A stretch of DNA of 64,000 nt from Octopus vulgaris (taxonomy: Eukaryota), in assembly GCA_951406725.2 (NCBI GenBank), contig OX597834.1:44392001-44456000 (forward strand), read 5' to 3'. Below the pieces are notes generated by a model that was not told the origin of the DNA, searched no databases, and saw only the letters and a list, made by a program, of their open reading frames with translations. Made by a program: the position numbers and the translations under genes. Shown here one piece after another: positions 1-13,863 of the stretch (position 1 is the first letter of the stretch; each line of letters begins with the position of its first letter).

Positions 1-1353
1 AGTCAATCAGTAATCAAAAAGGATGTTAGATTATTGAATTTAATCGGGAACATACAGGTAAAGTATCCAGATACAAATATTCAAAATTATTTATAATGCT
101 TTATTGGATGTGTGAAGAATCGTTCATTGGTCCCACAGCCTCCAAAAAAGCGGGGAGAGTTTTCTTTACCTCTGCATCTGAGTGAGTGTGTGTGTTGTGT
201 ATAATGACTATTAAAGTCACTAGCCGTCATACCCTGATAATGTTTTGTGATGTGCGTATGTGTATGTATGTATGGATATATGTATATCTGCATTATGTAG
301 CTGCATTTCTACGTAATAGTGGGTGTATGTATGCATGTATGTGTGTATAAACCTAATAAAACAAATATTTCAAGTGCATAACGAGTTCAAAAATTTGTAA
401 GTACTGAGATTGCAGAGCAAAACAAGTTTCCGTAGGATAAATCACAGTCTCGATTTAAGAAACATGTTTTGTTCGAGGTAATAAAAACAATTTTGTGATA
501 GCATGGCTTCATTATAAGATGTTTCATTCTACTCCGACAAATGGCTGCTGCATTTGTCAAGTAACTTATTCTCTTTTCTTACGATATTGAGAACTCTACA
601 AAGTTCTGGTAATATGTCAACGGGCTTAATGCAAAATGTATAACGACTCTATGAGGTGTCTTAAGTCTTTCGATAGGATAATTCAAGCTCCATAGCCTCT
701 CTCTTCTCCCTATCATTTTCGCAGTGAACGCAACGCTATTTGATTACAAAACCTCAAGTAGCAATATGATGGAATCTGCAGCACCATCCACGAATACCAA
801 TGCAATATATAATTCCTTTGCTGATAATCTGAAGCTCTACATTGAAAAATATCAACAATGATGAGAAACAGATGCATTTAAAGACTCTCTCAGAGACATT
901 CAAATAAAGAGACCAGCATGCTTCATAGTAAAGTGTGGGAAAACTATTTTACAGACACAAACGGTTCATAGTAACGGCCGCTTCTATCTTCTCTTTTTCA
1001 AAATAATTGTTACAGATACCTACATATTAATTGATAAATCATTTTAGAAGAGTGAGATGTGTAAAACTATTGAATAACTAAAGGCTACTACACCAGATTT
1101 CAATAAGTATGGATGACCAGAATTTATATTTATAGAACTACATTCCACAACGATTTTGTAAAGCTATGTTTAATAATTAATTCTAGAATACTTCACTGGT
1201 CTGTGGAGTAATTCCAATTTAATGATGTTAGAACTTACCATCGTCTTCCACTGAAAAGTGATATTTACAAGAAGTGTCTCAGAATGAAAATAAAAGGGTC
1301 ATCAATCCAGTGTTTTGTATAATATCGAGCAAATAGAATTACTAAAATTCCAA

Positions 1354-1700
1354 CCATCCACCCATCCGTCCGTCCCGCCATCCATCAATCGATCCATCCG
1401 ACCACCCGTCCATCCATATGTCCACCAATCCACCTGTTCCTTCATCTCCCCGTCCGTCCGTCCGTCCGTCCATCCGACCGTCCATCCGTCCGTCCGTCCA
1501 TCCATCCGTCCATCGGTCCATCCGTCTGTCTGTCCATCCGTCCATCCATCCATCCGTCCGTCCGTCCGTCCGTCCGTCCGTCCGTCCGTCCGTCCGTCCG
1601 TCCGTCCGTCCGTCCGTCTGTCTGTCCATCCGTCCATCCATCCATCCGTCCGTCCGTCTGTCTGTCCATCCGTCCATCCATCCATCCGTCCGTCCGTCCG
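1354..1700. repeat. (CCAT/CCGT)n tetranucleotide microsatellite
   Basis: Tandem ccat/ccgt/ctgt units; source of the PSVR/DGRT pseudo-ORFs. Confidence 0.95.
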
Positions 1701-1809
1701 TTCATTTTCTCCACTCTTTCAAGAAGGGTTAAGGTCCTCAGGAATCTCCTCCGTAGGGCCTTCTTAAAAGCAATCGTCTTTAGATTATTCTTGCTGGATT
1801 CACAAACTG

Positions 1810-1990
1810 GACTAATTGAGACTCTGGATAGGAACACCATCCCGTCGCAGGAATACTCTTCTTTGCCAGCTGAGTAAATTGGAGCACGGAGGCTTAACAA
1901 CAACAAAACTCGTGACTCGGACTAGGGATCGAAACCACAAACTTGTGATCATGAGTCTAACACTCTAACCATTAAGCCATACGCCCCCAC
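1810..1990 (-). mobile_element. tRNA-derived SINE, degenerate
   Basis: Minus strand reads A box TGGCTTAATGG ... B box GGTTTCGATCCC; body ccagctgagtaaattggagca resembles the copy at 51.6 kb. Confidence 0.75.
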
Positions 1991-2585
1991 CAGTTTTGAT
2001 ACCGAACGAATAAAATATTCAATAGAAATATCAACCAACTTCCTCTAATGTTTTAGTGAGTTGCTTTTTTTTCAATCCTCTTTTTCCTAACGATTCACAT
2101 TTGTTTTTTCGTTTTTTTTTCTGTATGTTTATACTTTACCTTTCCATGTGAACTTTTTTAAAAAATTAAACAATCAAATAGTGAAACGAAACTAACAAAC
2201 TGAGGAAGTTCGTGTATTCCTCCAGGCATAAGGTGTTGTGGAGAAATTGAAAAGGTATCGATTTCAAAGAACCGTAACTGAAATTGAAAGAGGTTTTCTC
2301 GTTCATTTTATCACAATAAAACCTCATTTATTAATTCCAGATAATATCATGCAACTCACCGAGTCTTGCACAAATGATGAGTTTGTTGCAACTGAAACTA
2401 AGACCAACACTAAAAACACAGGTAGACACGAAGTGCGATCTCTTCTACCACCTGTAGTACATTACTAACGAAAGCTCTATGCAGAAAGGTGATCCACGTA
2501 CAGAAAACAATCTCTGCAACGTCCATGACCCCTAATATCAGAAGTGATGTAACTATGGAAGGTTGGAATAATAATTTATTCCCTA

Positions 2586-2926
<341 letters not shown>

Positions 2927-3157
2927 TGAATTCACACCCACACATATACAATATACGTTTAAGCATCTTTTTCAGAATTTTCCCTTGTAAATTTAAACCC
3001 TGCTAACCCGCTTTTTTGAATTTATTGTTTGTCATGTATAAACAAAAAAATTGTTGAAACTGGTTTGCTATTTGAAAAAAAATTTATTAGAAAATACACC
3101 AATGGCCACACGTTTCGAGATTCAGGAGCATTTTGCAACCCCAAACAAATTCTTCCA

Positions 3158-3191
3158 CATACATACATACATACATACATACATACATACA

Positions 3192-3225
<34 letters not shown>

Positions 3226-3322
3226 CACACATATATATATATATATACATACATACATACATACATACATACATACATACATACATACATACATACATAC
3301 ATACATACACACACACACATAC
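3158..3322. repeat. (CATA)n/(TA)n/(CA)n microsatellite
   Basis: Seen directly. Confidence 0.95.
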
Positions 3323-4868
3323 ACAAACATCGTTCCCCTCACACACATACATAAACGTATTCCGTGGTTGATTCATTTCACCATTCGTATTATATAAACC
3401 ACTTAATGTTCTGATACTCAGAGTATAAAATACTTTACACTATTATGAAAGTATCGATTCCACTGATTATAATCCCTCCACCACCACCACCACGCCACCT
3501 AGCGTCTCCCCATGCATTGTGTAAGAGAGATTTTATTATGTATTAATGAACGCATTTACGTTTGTTCTGTTGAAACGTTACGACTATTAGATGAAAACCA
3601 TGATTGATGTTGCTGATGTTGAAGTAAAGTTTGACTAGTATTGTCTAAAACCACGAGTGTCATGTAAATTGATCACAAATGTTTTTAGCCGAAGTTTTTC
3701 TACAAGTGTCAACACAGATAGCAATGTTTGGAAATCTGTCAAATGTTTAAATGATATTTTTCCTTGGTGAAAGAATTATTTTATTCAAACATGCATAATT
3801 ATTGTTTTTCTTTATTGAAGACACTTCCATTTCGCTACTGGCTACACTAAAATTGATTCCCAGACAAAAATCTCATCCATCAAGTAAACTATCATAGAAG
3901 GAGATAATGTTACTTTAAAGATGTCTTATAAAAGATAGTTTCGTTCTATATGTACATTAAGGGAAGGGTGGGGAGCGGGGTGGGGGTGGGGGGCATAATT
4001 TCAGTCTGTCTATATATCTGTGTAAACGAGACAGTTATGGAGTATGAGATGTTAGCAAATGATTTCCAGACACAAGAACGAAAATATGATGACGCCAACA
4101 ATGAAGAAAAACATTGCATTAATGATGACGATCTGTCAATGACAACAATAATATGACACATAATAACATAAACAAAAAGATCACCATTATTTCGAGAATG
4201 TTCCATCTCCAAGTGCTGCACCAAACACATATAATATTGGAATGTCGTTTAGCAGAGAATTAAAAGATATTTTAAAACGACATTCTGTATTTGTCTGTTG
4301 TCTTTCTGCTCTTCCAAAATTTTTATAGTTTCATTAAAACAGAAAGGACAATGCATACAAGCGATTTTTGAGGTTGTTGGGGAAAGGGAATGAAAGCAAA
4401 TCCCTAGTTATGAGTTATGAAAAACATATCATCCTTATACTGGGCGAATGTCACGATGTGGGAAAAGAAAAATGTTCACCGAAAGAACATTTCGTTAACA
4501 CTCACAGTCGAAATGGCATCCACATAATTTCTATCTATTCAATGTCAAGCCCTAAGCCTAACCTTGAACGGTCAAATGGAAACGATGATGGAATTCATAT
4601 ACTGAAGCTACTGCGAAACTGGTTCGAGACTGAAACCCTATAAAGTAAAGGTAAACTTGAGTGCTTTCACAATAGGATCGTTACAATAAAATACAATAAA
4701 ATACTTGGAGATTTTCAAACATCTCAGTACAGAAAGTATAGCATTACTTTGTAATGGTATAGAAATGAAAACCGTAAGTAAATTCGGGCCTTCTAGTGGT
4801 CGCTAGAAATGTCTAGAAATAGCAGGAACGTCTCTTTGCATTACTCTCTAAAAGTGAAAATAAACTAA

Positions 4869-4960
4869 TGGGCATATTGCGTAGTGGTTAAGAGCGCGGG
4901 CTACTAAACTCAAGATTCCGAGTTCGATTCTAAGCAGTGACCTGAACACTAACAATAACG

Positions 4961-4996
<36 letters not shown>

Positions 4997-5135
4997 TCGA
5001 AAAATACCTTAGGAATAAAAACCCAGGTTTTAATTTTCCCCAATACACCTGAAGAAGGCTGGAGGCTATATCAGGTGAAACGTTGTGTTAACAACAAAGA
5101 AGATGAGGACAAATATCCGTCGAATGTAAATAATG
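4869..5135 (+). mobile_element. tRNA-head SINE with (AAT)n spacer and hammerhead-like 3' tail
   Basis: A box TGCGTAGTGG, B box GAGTTCGATTC, (AAT)n, then tail acacCTGAAGAaggctg...GAAAcgttgtgt. Candidate 8-bp TSD taaactaa at 4861-4868 and 5136-5143. Same tail at 39695-39878 and 30910-31040. Confidence 0.8.
5045..5088 (+). ncRNA. degenerate minimal type I hammerhead ribozyme motif
   Basis: acac-CTGAAGA-a-ggctg..(cagcc mutated to caggt)-GAAA-CGTT-gtgt; stem II is damaged relative to the 39743 copy. Confidence 0.55.
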
Positions 5136-5648
5136 TAAACTAACCAGGTATTTAATAATTTAGTAATTTAATGCTAGATGAAGTTATTATATTTTGGTTT
5201 CGTTTGAAGAAATGGCAGTTTCCAGACTTTCTCAGCTCTCTTCCACCAAGGAGAGAAAATTTAATGTTGAATATTTCAAGTTATATAGCAACAGGATTGG
5301 GTGGAGGTCACGAGGACGAAAGAGAGTCTCAAGAATCGACAGTAATGGGTAGAGAAGGGTGAATACAGGTGATGAGATGAGTGATGTGTATTCCAGCGAA
5401 TAGAGACTATTCTAGATGTGGCGGAAAAGACTCACAAAGAAGAAAACAGTCAAAATCTTTAGACGAGTTATTTGTGTGTGCTTTATTTAATGAGCTTTAA
5501 TTGATAAAAGGAAATACAACAATGACCGATACTTGATCAGAGCTCATCTGGTTGTAAACCAGGTCAACATCAGCAACAGCGGCGGCATCGGACACAGCAA
5601 CTAGCAGAGAAAATAAAGCGGTAACAACGTTAACAACAACAGCTGAAT

Positions 5649-5850
5649 GAGGCGCAATGGCCCAGTGGTTAGGACAGCGGACTCGCGAACGTAAGAACGT
5701 GGGTTCGATTCCCAGACCAGGCATTGTGGGTGTTTATTGAGCAAAAACACCTAAGATCCACGAAGCTCCGGCGGGGAGTGGGGTGGGGGTGTTGAACCCC
5801 ACTGTACTCTTTCACCACAACTTTCTCTCACTCTCTCTTCCCACTTCTGC
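5649..5850 (+). mobile_element. tRNA-derived SINE, 5' part (family of 47963-48338)
   Basis: A box TGGCCCAGTGG, B box GGTTCGATTCC; body gtgtttattgagcaaaaacacctaa...ctgtactctttcaccacaac matches the reverse complement of 48150-48338. Confidence 0.85.
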
Positions 5851-7600
5851 CACAAAGCAGAGGAACCATGGTGTAACCCACTATGGTGTGGTAAACTTTC
5901 AGACCCTAGTCTAGATTGCGAATCCTCTGTACCCCATGATGGTTCAGCTCTCCACCCGTTAAAAGCCACCGTTTACGGAATAAGGATAACAGTGTAGCTT
6001 TCGCGCCCGTGCAACCACCAGTCTATCGTGTGTGGCGGGTGGATCTTCAAGTTGCCACACGCATTCTTAGAGTAGGCTCGAATAATGTGTGTATGTATGC
6101 GTGTATGTATGCAGATGTGTGTCCGAGGGCGCGTGTGCTCGTGTTTAGATCACTGGACTCACGAATATGAACGTGTTGAACCAATTACTAACCAAGACGT
6201 CAGGTTGTTTGTATGGACAAACCATGTTATTGCACGCTGTTTCATTGAAATCCGTTGTAAAAGGGGCAATGCCAGTTGTCACAAGCGCAGTATTACCCTG
6301 GACGAATGCATGGAAGGCTGAAAGGGTGTCCGTTGTTGATTATGAATATTCAGGTTCCTAATTAACAAAAAGCAAGCTACCAGGTCATAGGTTATTGCGA
6401 CGGACACTATTCAACGCCCTTTTATCTTTCCCTATTTTCTTCTTAGTTTCAACCGCATAGTTCTTCTCTCTCTCTTTCATTCACACACACAAACACAGAG
6501 TTATGAACATACACACATACACATGCACATAGACACACACTCGTACACACACACACACACAGATTTATAAACACATACACATACATGCGCAGACGCAGTT
6601 TCTCTCTCCTTCTCTCGCACACAAAGCTCCTCTCCCCGTCACTCTCTTAATTTATTCATAAATTTGAATTTCATTCCAACCTCCATGTGTGTTTGGGTAT
6701 GTTCACTTTCTTTCACCCCCTCTCTCTCTCACACACACACACTCTCTCTCACACACTCTCTCTCTCTCACACACTCTCTCTCCCTCTATCTATTTATCTC
6801 TCTCAGTTTCCCCACTCTCTATCGCCAACTGTCACACAGACAAATAATTCCTGTACTACTTTCTCCATCAAAATGTCTCGCTATGTCTACTTCTACCCAC
6901 CCTCCATCCCATCTCCCTATCATTCCCTAATTCCATTTTGTATCCTCCTCTTCCTCTCCCTCCCCCTCTCTCTGTCTGTCTATCTCTCTCTCTCTCTCTC
7001 TCTCTGTAGATATATAAATATATTGTCTCCTTACTTAAGACATTCTAAAGCTATAGAAACGAATATAAATTAATAGAATAAATTGTAATAAAGCAAAACA
7101 AAACAAAACAAACCAACAATAAAAAAAAATAGTCAAATCAATTGAGTTGTCAAAACAACAGCAAATCTCTTTTATTATATAATTTAATAGACTCTATAAA
7201 GTTTTTAAAAAACGGACAAATAAAACAAAAATATAAGAAAACAAAGTAACTCCCTAAGTACTCAATCAAAACATAATTTAGTTATTGTCGGTTGGCATGC
7301 TGGTAACATTAAAAGATATAGCAAAATATCAAAGGAGAAACGGAGAGCAAGAGAAAAATGTAAAAACGGAGAGTGAAAGACAGCGTGAACGAGAGAGAAA
7401 ATGAAGGAGAGCCTATGGAAGTATAATGTCTATTATATATATATATATATTATATTGTAGAGTACATTTCTGAAGGTAAATTGAGGATTTAATCGGTGTC
7501 CTGCATTTTGAATGAAAATTTAAAATTGCACACAATTGTTATTCCTGAATACCCTTTTCTATCATTCCTGTTCTTTTAATATAGATAATGGCATATAAAA

Positions 7601-8062
7601 CGGCGAGCTGGCAGAAACGTTAGCACGCCGGGCGAAATGCTTAGCAGTATTTCGTCTGCCGCTATGTTCTGAGTTCAAATTCCGCCGAGGTCGACTTTCC
7701 CTTTCATCCTTTCGGGGTCGATTAAATAAGTACCAGTTACATACTGGGGTCGATATAATCGACTTAATCAGTTTGTCTGTCCTTGTTTGTCCTTTCTATG
7801 TTTAACCCCTTGTGGGCAGTAAAGAAATAAGTATTTCGTCTGTCTTTACATTCTGAGTTCAAATTTCGCCGCGGTCGACTTTGCCTTTCATCCTTTCGGG
7901 GTTTATAAATTAAATACCAGTTGCGGACTGGGGTCGATCCAATCGAGTGGCCCCACCACTCACTAAAAAATTTCGGGCCTTGTGCCTAGAGTAGAACAAA
8001 ATCGTTAGCACACTCGGAAAACTGCTTAGCGTATTTCGTCCGTCTTTACGTTCTAAGATCAA
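7601..8062 (+). mobile_element. Nin/Deu-domain SINE, dimer plus partial third head
   Basis: Head ggcgagctggcagaaacgttagcacgccgggcg...GAGTTCAAATTCC; conserved core cctttcatcctttcggggtcgattaaataagtaccag present twice. Confidence 0.85.
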
Positions 8063-8099
8063 GGAATGTTGAATGTGTTATATTCCTTGATGCAAGGGG

Positions 8100-8255
8100 C
8101 CACTCGATTAGATCGACTCCAGTACACAACTAGTATTTAATTTATCGACCCCGAAAGGATGAAGAGCAAAGTCAACCTCGGCGGAATTTGAACTCAGAAC
8201 TTAGAGACGAACTACATGTCGCTATGCATGTTGCCCGCCATGCTAACGATTCTGA
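8100..8255 (-). mobile_element. Nin/Deu-domain SINE, inverted copy
   Basis: tttatcgaccccgaaaggatgaa...ggcggaatttgaactcagaac is the reverse complement of the core at 7670-7730. Confidence 0.8.
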
Positions 8256-8808
8256 AGTATCTTAGATATATTAAGAACAGCCGCTAGCCATGAACTTATC
8301 TAGAACAGTTCCTACCACTACTGCTACAATCACAACAGGTCACTTTTAGGTCACTTGATCATTAAAGTAGATTCCACGGACAGCCTCTATTACTGGGCCA
8401 TACCTCCCTTCTTCTTCTTCTTTGCCTTCTACATCTTCGGCTGCTACTTAAACCATCAAACTTCAGAAACAAGTATTTCACTGCACCCATAGACACTACT
8501 TTTTCATATCTACTATTACCTACAGAGCCTTCACAAAGGAAGAGAGAGAGAGAGAGAGAAAGATAATATCCTAATTATTTGAAGACTATGGAAATGTTTA
8601 CAAATCATTCATTTAATCTTTTATTCAATTTAATTGTTTTTCTTCGTAATTAATAACCACCGTTGTTTTACTCTTTGTTGAAAAAACTGAAAAGACAGAA
8701 ACCGGTATTTACCGTCACAAAATTTATTTCGGGATAAAATCATTTTAGCATTTCCTACCTTGTCTTATTTTCCTTATACATATCAACTCTTGTGTTGCTT
8801 TACAACCT

Positions 8809-8915
<107 letters not shown>

Positions 8916-9293
8916 TCCGTTTGAATTTTGTTGTTCATTTCTTCGAAATGTTAACGCTCACGCTCCTAAACACATGTATTTTGAATTAGTATTATGCAAT
9001 TTGGCAGTCCTCTTATACGGAATTTCGACATGAAGAGACTTGTGTACATAGATATGAATTGTTTATAAATAAAAAAAATGCATATAAGTCGAAACAAATT
9101 GTTGACATTATTTGTGTTTGTTTCTTAAATTGGTTATCTTATATTATATTATATTGGATTGTCAATTATATTTCTCTATTTAATTTATTTTTTGTATTTT
9201 GTCTTTTTACCCCTACTTCTGTGGTATTCAACTGCCGTACCAGTCATTTAAATGTTTTACACCCCTTTGAAGGAATCGTTATTTTTTTTACCT

Positions 9294-9335
<42 letters not shown>

Positions 9336-10689
9336 CACACACATAGAATAAGATAGAGAGAAAGAGTGAGATAGAGGGAGAGGGTGAGATCGAATAAATG
9401 TCTGTGTATTATTCTCTTATGCTCTGAATACATCTGCCCTCGTTGGCTATTTGATTAGTTTCAAGTTTCAGCTCTCAGTACGCTAGGGTAGGGTTGATTT
9501 AGTTGGTGTGTTTGTTTTGTCGCTGATAACGACCTCATTGCTGTGTTTTTTTTTTTTAGCTTATTTGCTTTTGGTTTCTAACTCCAGAGCCTAAACTGAA
9601 TACTATCAAGAAATTAGACACCCGATGAAAATCGAAAATATAGTTGTATGGTTAATAAATTTTCATGGACATCACCCAACCCATAACACCCTTTCATCAG
9701 GATGAAAGGTTTTTAACTTTTCCTTGTAAAATTTTTCATGAAAATATTTTCTCACAATTCTAGGTCTTAAAACTTTCTTCAAATCCTTCTGGAATTTTCT
9801 AAATTTTTTTCTAAATTTCTCCTCACTTCCATTCTTTCTCTTTCTTCTCTCTTTCAGCCCTCTTCGTCTCCTTTATCCATTCTTACGTTTCTGTCTCCTC
9901 TCTCTGTCTCTCTGTCCTTGTCAGTCTCCCTCTTAACTTTTGTAGTCGAAGATCTGATGTGGTTCAAAAAATAAACGTATGATTAGATGTGCATGAGAAC
10001 GAGCCTGTATGCGTTTACCATTAAAAGTGTGTGCCTGTGTAAGCTCGTTTAAGAGTGCTACAGAGCTGACCACCCCACATATAAAACATACCAAAAAATA
10101 CATAAAAATTAATAACTTCAAGTAAACAACTACCATTAATACCCCGCTTGTTTACTGAGATAAACAGAAATTATTTAAGGCGTCGTACTGCAAACCAATT
10201 TTCACCCAGTGTCAAGAACGGTCTCGGGGACAATATATAAAAAATCTATTACAGTGATATAATTTTGGGACAACTGTTGACGCGAAACTGAATTCGAGAT
10301 TATAACGAAACACTTGAAAGACGCACGAATATGCTACGAACTCAGAGAAAAGTATTTTTAAATGCAACCTTATATGGTTTGGAGGATATTCAGTTACAAA
10401 AGTTGTTTTACCAAATAGAAGTTTATTCAAGAAAATAATTAGATGTTTCTCTCCTAGTAAGTAAGAAATTGTGTGGTTTTTGGCATTAGGGAATTTTTAT
10501 GTTCAATATTTGCTGAAACATTCTTCAATGGTTGAGAATTTTGGCAACAATTATTTTACATCCTGTTGCGAATATATTTCATGCTAACAAGGAAATAACA
10601 CTGACTACTGACGCTAGTGAGCAAATAATATTAAGAATGTTATCGCAGGATTCCCACCCAGTTACGGTACCATTTTAGCGTCAGGAGTT

Positions 10690-10845
10690 ATACGATTACA
10701 TCGACTTCAGTGCTTGACTGATACTTTATTTCTTCGACAACCAAAGCAGACGTCGGCAGAATATGAACTGGGAACGTAAATAACCAGGAGAAAAGCCACT
10801 AAGCATTTTGTCTGCTACGCAAACGATTCTGCCAATTCGCCAACA
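10690..10845 (-). mobile_element. degenerate Nin-type SINE
   Basis: cgattacatcgacttcagtgcttgactgatacttta...aagcattttgtctgctacgcaaacgattctgccaattcgcc resembles the reversed family consensus. Confidence 0.6.
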
Positions 10846-11261
10846 TGAAAAGTGTCAAAACTAATACAGCGACACAACTATTACTCGAAATCTGACAAAT
10901 GTGAAGACAATGTATATTCTAGGCGAAGATTGTTCTTCTGTTAAACGTTACGTAATTGTGATACGAAGCGAAATAAAACGTTTATTGGCGCCATAAGAAT
11001 TTATAAATTTTCGAAAGAATGTGGAATAATTCTTTGTTTTTGGTGGTGGTGGGGTGGCGGCGCGGAATTGGCTTTCGAATCTCGTAGACGCTATAAATAA
11101 GAGCATGTAAATATTGGACTGATAAACCCTTTAAGATAGCAAAATTCGAAGGCTGCTCTAGGAAATGAGCGTTCGCTTCCTATGAGTAACCTTCAGCTTT
11201 TTCTACACAAAGGAGTCTTTCAAAGCCAGTATTTACATGTTATTATCTATGTCTCGAAAAA

Positions 11262-11445
11262 TCGTTTGCACACCGGGAAAAATGCTTTTCGTCCGTCTTT
11301 ACGTTCTGAGTTCAAATTCCACCGAGATCGACTTTGCCTTTCATCTTTTCGGGGGTCGATAAATTAAGTACCAGGCAAGTACTGGGTTCGATGTGATCGA
11401 CTATCCGCCTCATCACAAATTCCAGGACTTGTACCTGTAGTAGAC
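11262..11445 (+). mobile_element. Nin/Deu-domain SINE
   Basis: ttctgagttcaaattccaccgagatcgactttgcctttcatcttttcgggggtcgataaattaagtaccagg. Confidence 0.8.
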
Positions 11446-11657
11446 AGGATTTCTGTGCTCCGAGAACCAATTCAATGGAACCCCCCACCCCCACAAAATA
11501 CCCTATCCAAGTCAGCGAAAACATTTATTTTTAACTTCAATAATGGGGCCTGCGAATAATAATAGTTATTTTTTAGCCTTGTTATAACCTGCTCGAGCCA
11601 AACTGTTATAATAACACTTTCAAAATGTGAGTAGCAGCTTGTATTTAAGCGATAGAT

Positions 11658-11970
11658 CAGAGGTACTCAAACATTTTATGCCTATGGGCCCCTTGATTCC
11701 TGCTAAACTTGGGGGGGGGGGGGCACACAGGATTTCGGAGTTTAAAACATCCTCTTTACTTTCTTTTACTCTCTTTTACTTGTTTCAGTCATTTGACTGC
11801 GGTCATGCTGGAGCACCGGCTTTAGTCGAGCAAATCGACCCCAGGATTTATTCTTCGAAAGTCTTATTCTGTTTTGCCGAACCGCTAAGTTACGGGGACG
11901 TAAACATACCACCATCGGTTGTCAAGCGATGATGGGGGGAGGGCAGACACAGATACACAAACATATACAC

Positions 11971-12015
<45 letters not shown>

Positions 12016-12331
12016 CACACGACAGACCTCTTTCAGTTTCTCTCTAATAAATCCACACAAGGCTTCAGTCGGCCCGAGGCTATAGTAGAAGACACTTGCC
12101 CAAGGTGCCACGCAGTGGGAATGAACCCGGAACCATGTGGTTAGCAAGCAAGCTATTTATCACAGAGCCACCTATTATTTTTTCATAATTAAATATTATT
12201 AGGAATTCTACAAAAAAGCAAAAACATTTTGTGTATTGTAGTCGTATAACCGATTTATTGCTCATAAAATTAGATAACAAAATCGTATATGGACCCTAAA
12301 GGGTCATATGAACCCCAGTTGAGAATCACTG
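11658..12331. mobile_element. non-autonomous hAT-like MITE interrupted by a SINE
   Basis: Ends cagaggtactcaaac / gttgagaatcactg; 8-bp TSD cgatagat / ctatagat (7/8 match); homologous to 47397-47617. Confidence 0.7.
11752..12174 (-). mobile_element. tRNA-derived CORE-like SINE (octopus OR-type) with internal (CA)n(TA)n
   Basis: Reverse complement of ccttgggcaagtgtcttctactatagcctcgggccga ... gtcaaatgactgaaacaagtaaaagag; many copies in the window. Confidence 0.85.
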
Positions 12332-12764
12332 CTATAGATTATTATGCCATGTAACCAGTTGTTTTATTTGAAATGGTGGGCTTTAGACTGGAGGCCAAAC
12401 AATTGTGAATATAACAACCGATATCAAAGCACTAACGAGAAACAGAGATTTATTATAATTATAATAAATTCTAGCGGAGATTTTATGCAGAAGAAAATAG
12501 CACAATGGTTCAAAATACATTGTTCAAACTACAAAATGGTTGATAGCATAGAAAATTTAGAAATTGCAACAGAATAATTCACCAACGCTGGAAACTGTAG
12601 GCAAAAAAAGCAAACACTTATAGACGAGACAACATCTAACGCAATAAAAATGATGAGGAATTTGATTAATATATTGAGGAATATTCAGATTCAGGAAGGT
12701 GTGTGAAACGTATGAATTTCTCTACTTATGATTCAAAGAACGGTAATAAACATTTACTTTCTAA

Positions 12765-12765
<1 letters not shown>

Positions 12766-12832
<67 letters not shown>

Positions 12833-12974
12833 GATCGATCTTTCTCTCTATTAATCTATCAATTTCTCTCGCACCCTCTCTCTCCGTAGATATCTGCGCG
12901 TACATATATTAGAGAGAGAGAGAGAGAGAGAGGGGGAGAGAATGAGAAGCACCACACGCAGACATGCACACACG

Positions 12975-13064
<90 letters not shown>

Positions 13065-13136
13065 CACATATACATATACACGTTCTCTCTGCTATGCATA
13101 CGCACACATGTATGTACGTATGTATGTATGTATGTA

Positions 13137-13171
<35 letters not shown>

Positions 13172-13192
13172 ATATATATATATATGTATATG

Positions 13193-13240
<48 letters not shown>

Positions 13241-13266
13241 AGTGCGTGTATATGTTTACACATGTA

Positions 13267-13323
<57 letters not shown>

Positions 13324-13365
13324 GTATGTATGTATGAGTGTGTGTATATATATGTACACACATAT
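12766..13365. repeat. compound (TATC)n/(GA)n/(TA)n/(TATG)n microsatellite field
   Basis: Seen directly. Confidence 0.9.
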
Positions 13366-13810
13366 TATTCATATATAACACATATACACTCGCACACTTA
13401 CAGTCATGTCCAAAGGTACGCACATACGTTCTTAAATCGAAATTTACTTTGCAGCTGTTGTTTACGAAGAATAATTAAACGCTTTTTTTTTTGCTTTTTT
13501 CCTTTTCCTTCCTTTCGCACACAACCAAAAGAAAGTCTACGGGGTTCCAGAGCTGATCATGGTATTTAATTAAAGTTATGATATTTTCTCCTCTTACACA
13601 GAACACTCCTTGCTAATCCACGAAAATTATTCTTTAGGTGATGTGCGGTTTAATATGAACGAGGTGAGAAGAGAGACGAGGCAAGTTGCGAGTTGTTACG
13701 GAGATATTAGAGATAAGTTGAGTTTTGATAGAGAAATCTGATGTCTGTCACGAGCACTAAGAATAAGTTACGCACGATATCATATATACATGCAGGCATA
13801 CATATGTGTG

Positions 13811-13863
<53 letters not shown>

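Noticed and set aside
2238-2580. Possible coding exon (76-aa ORF, ttccag acceptor)
   Set aside because: No recognisable domain and no partner exons.
4870-4945. Functional tRNA gene (also considered at 5649, 31792 and 48270)
   Set aside because: A/B boxes are present, but the acceptor stems are broken and each runs into a SINE body.
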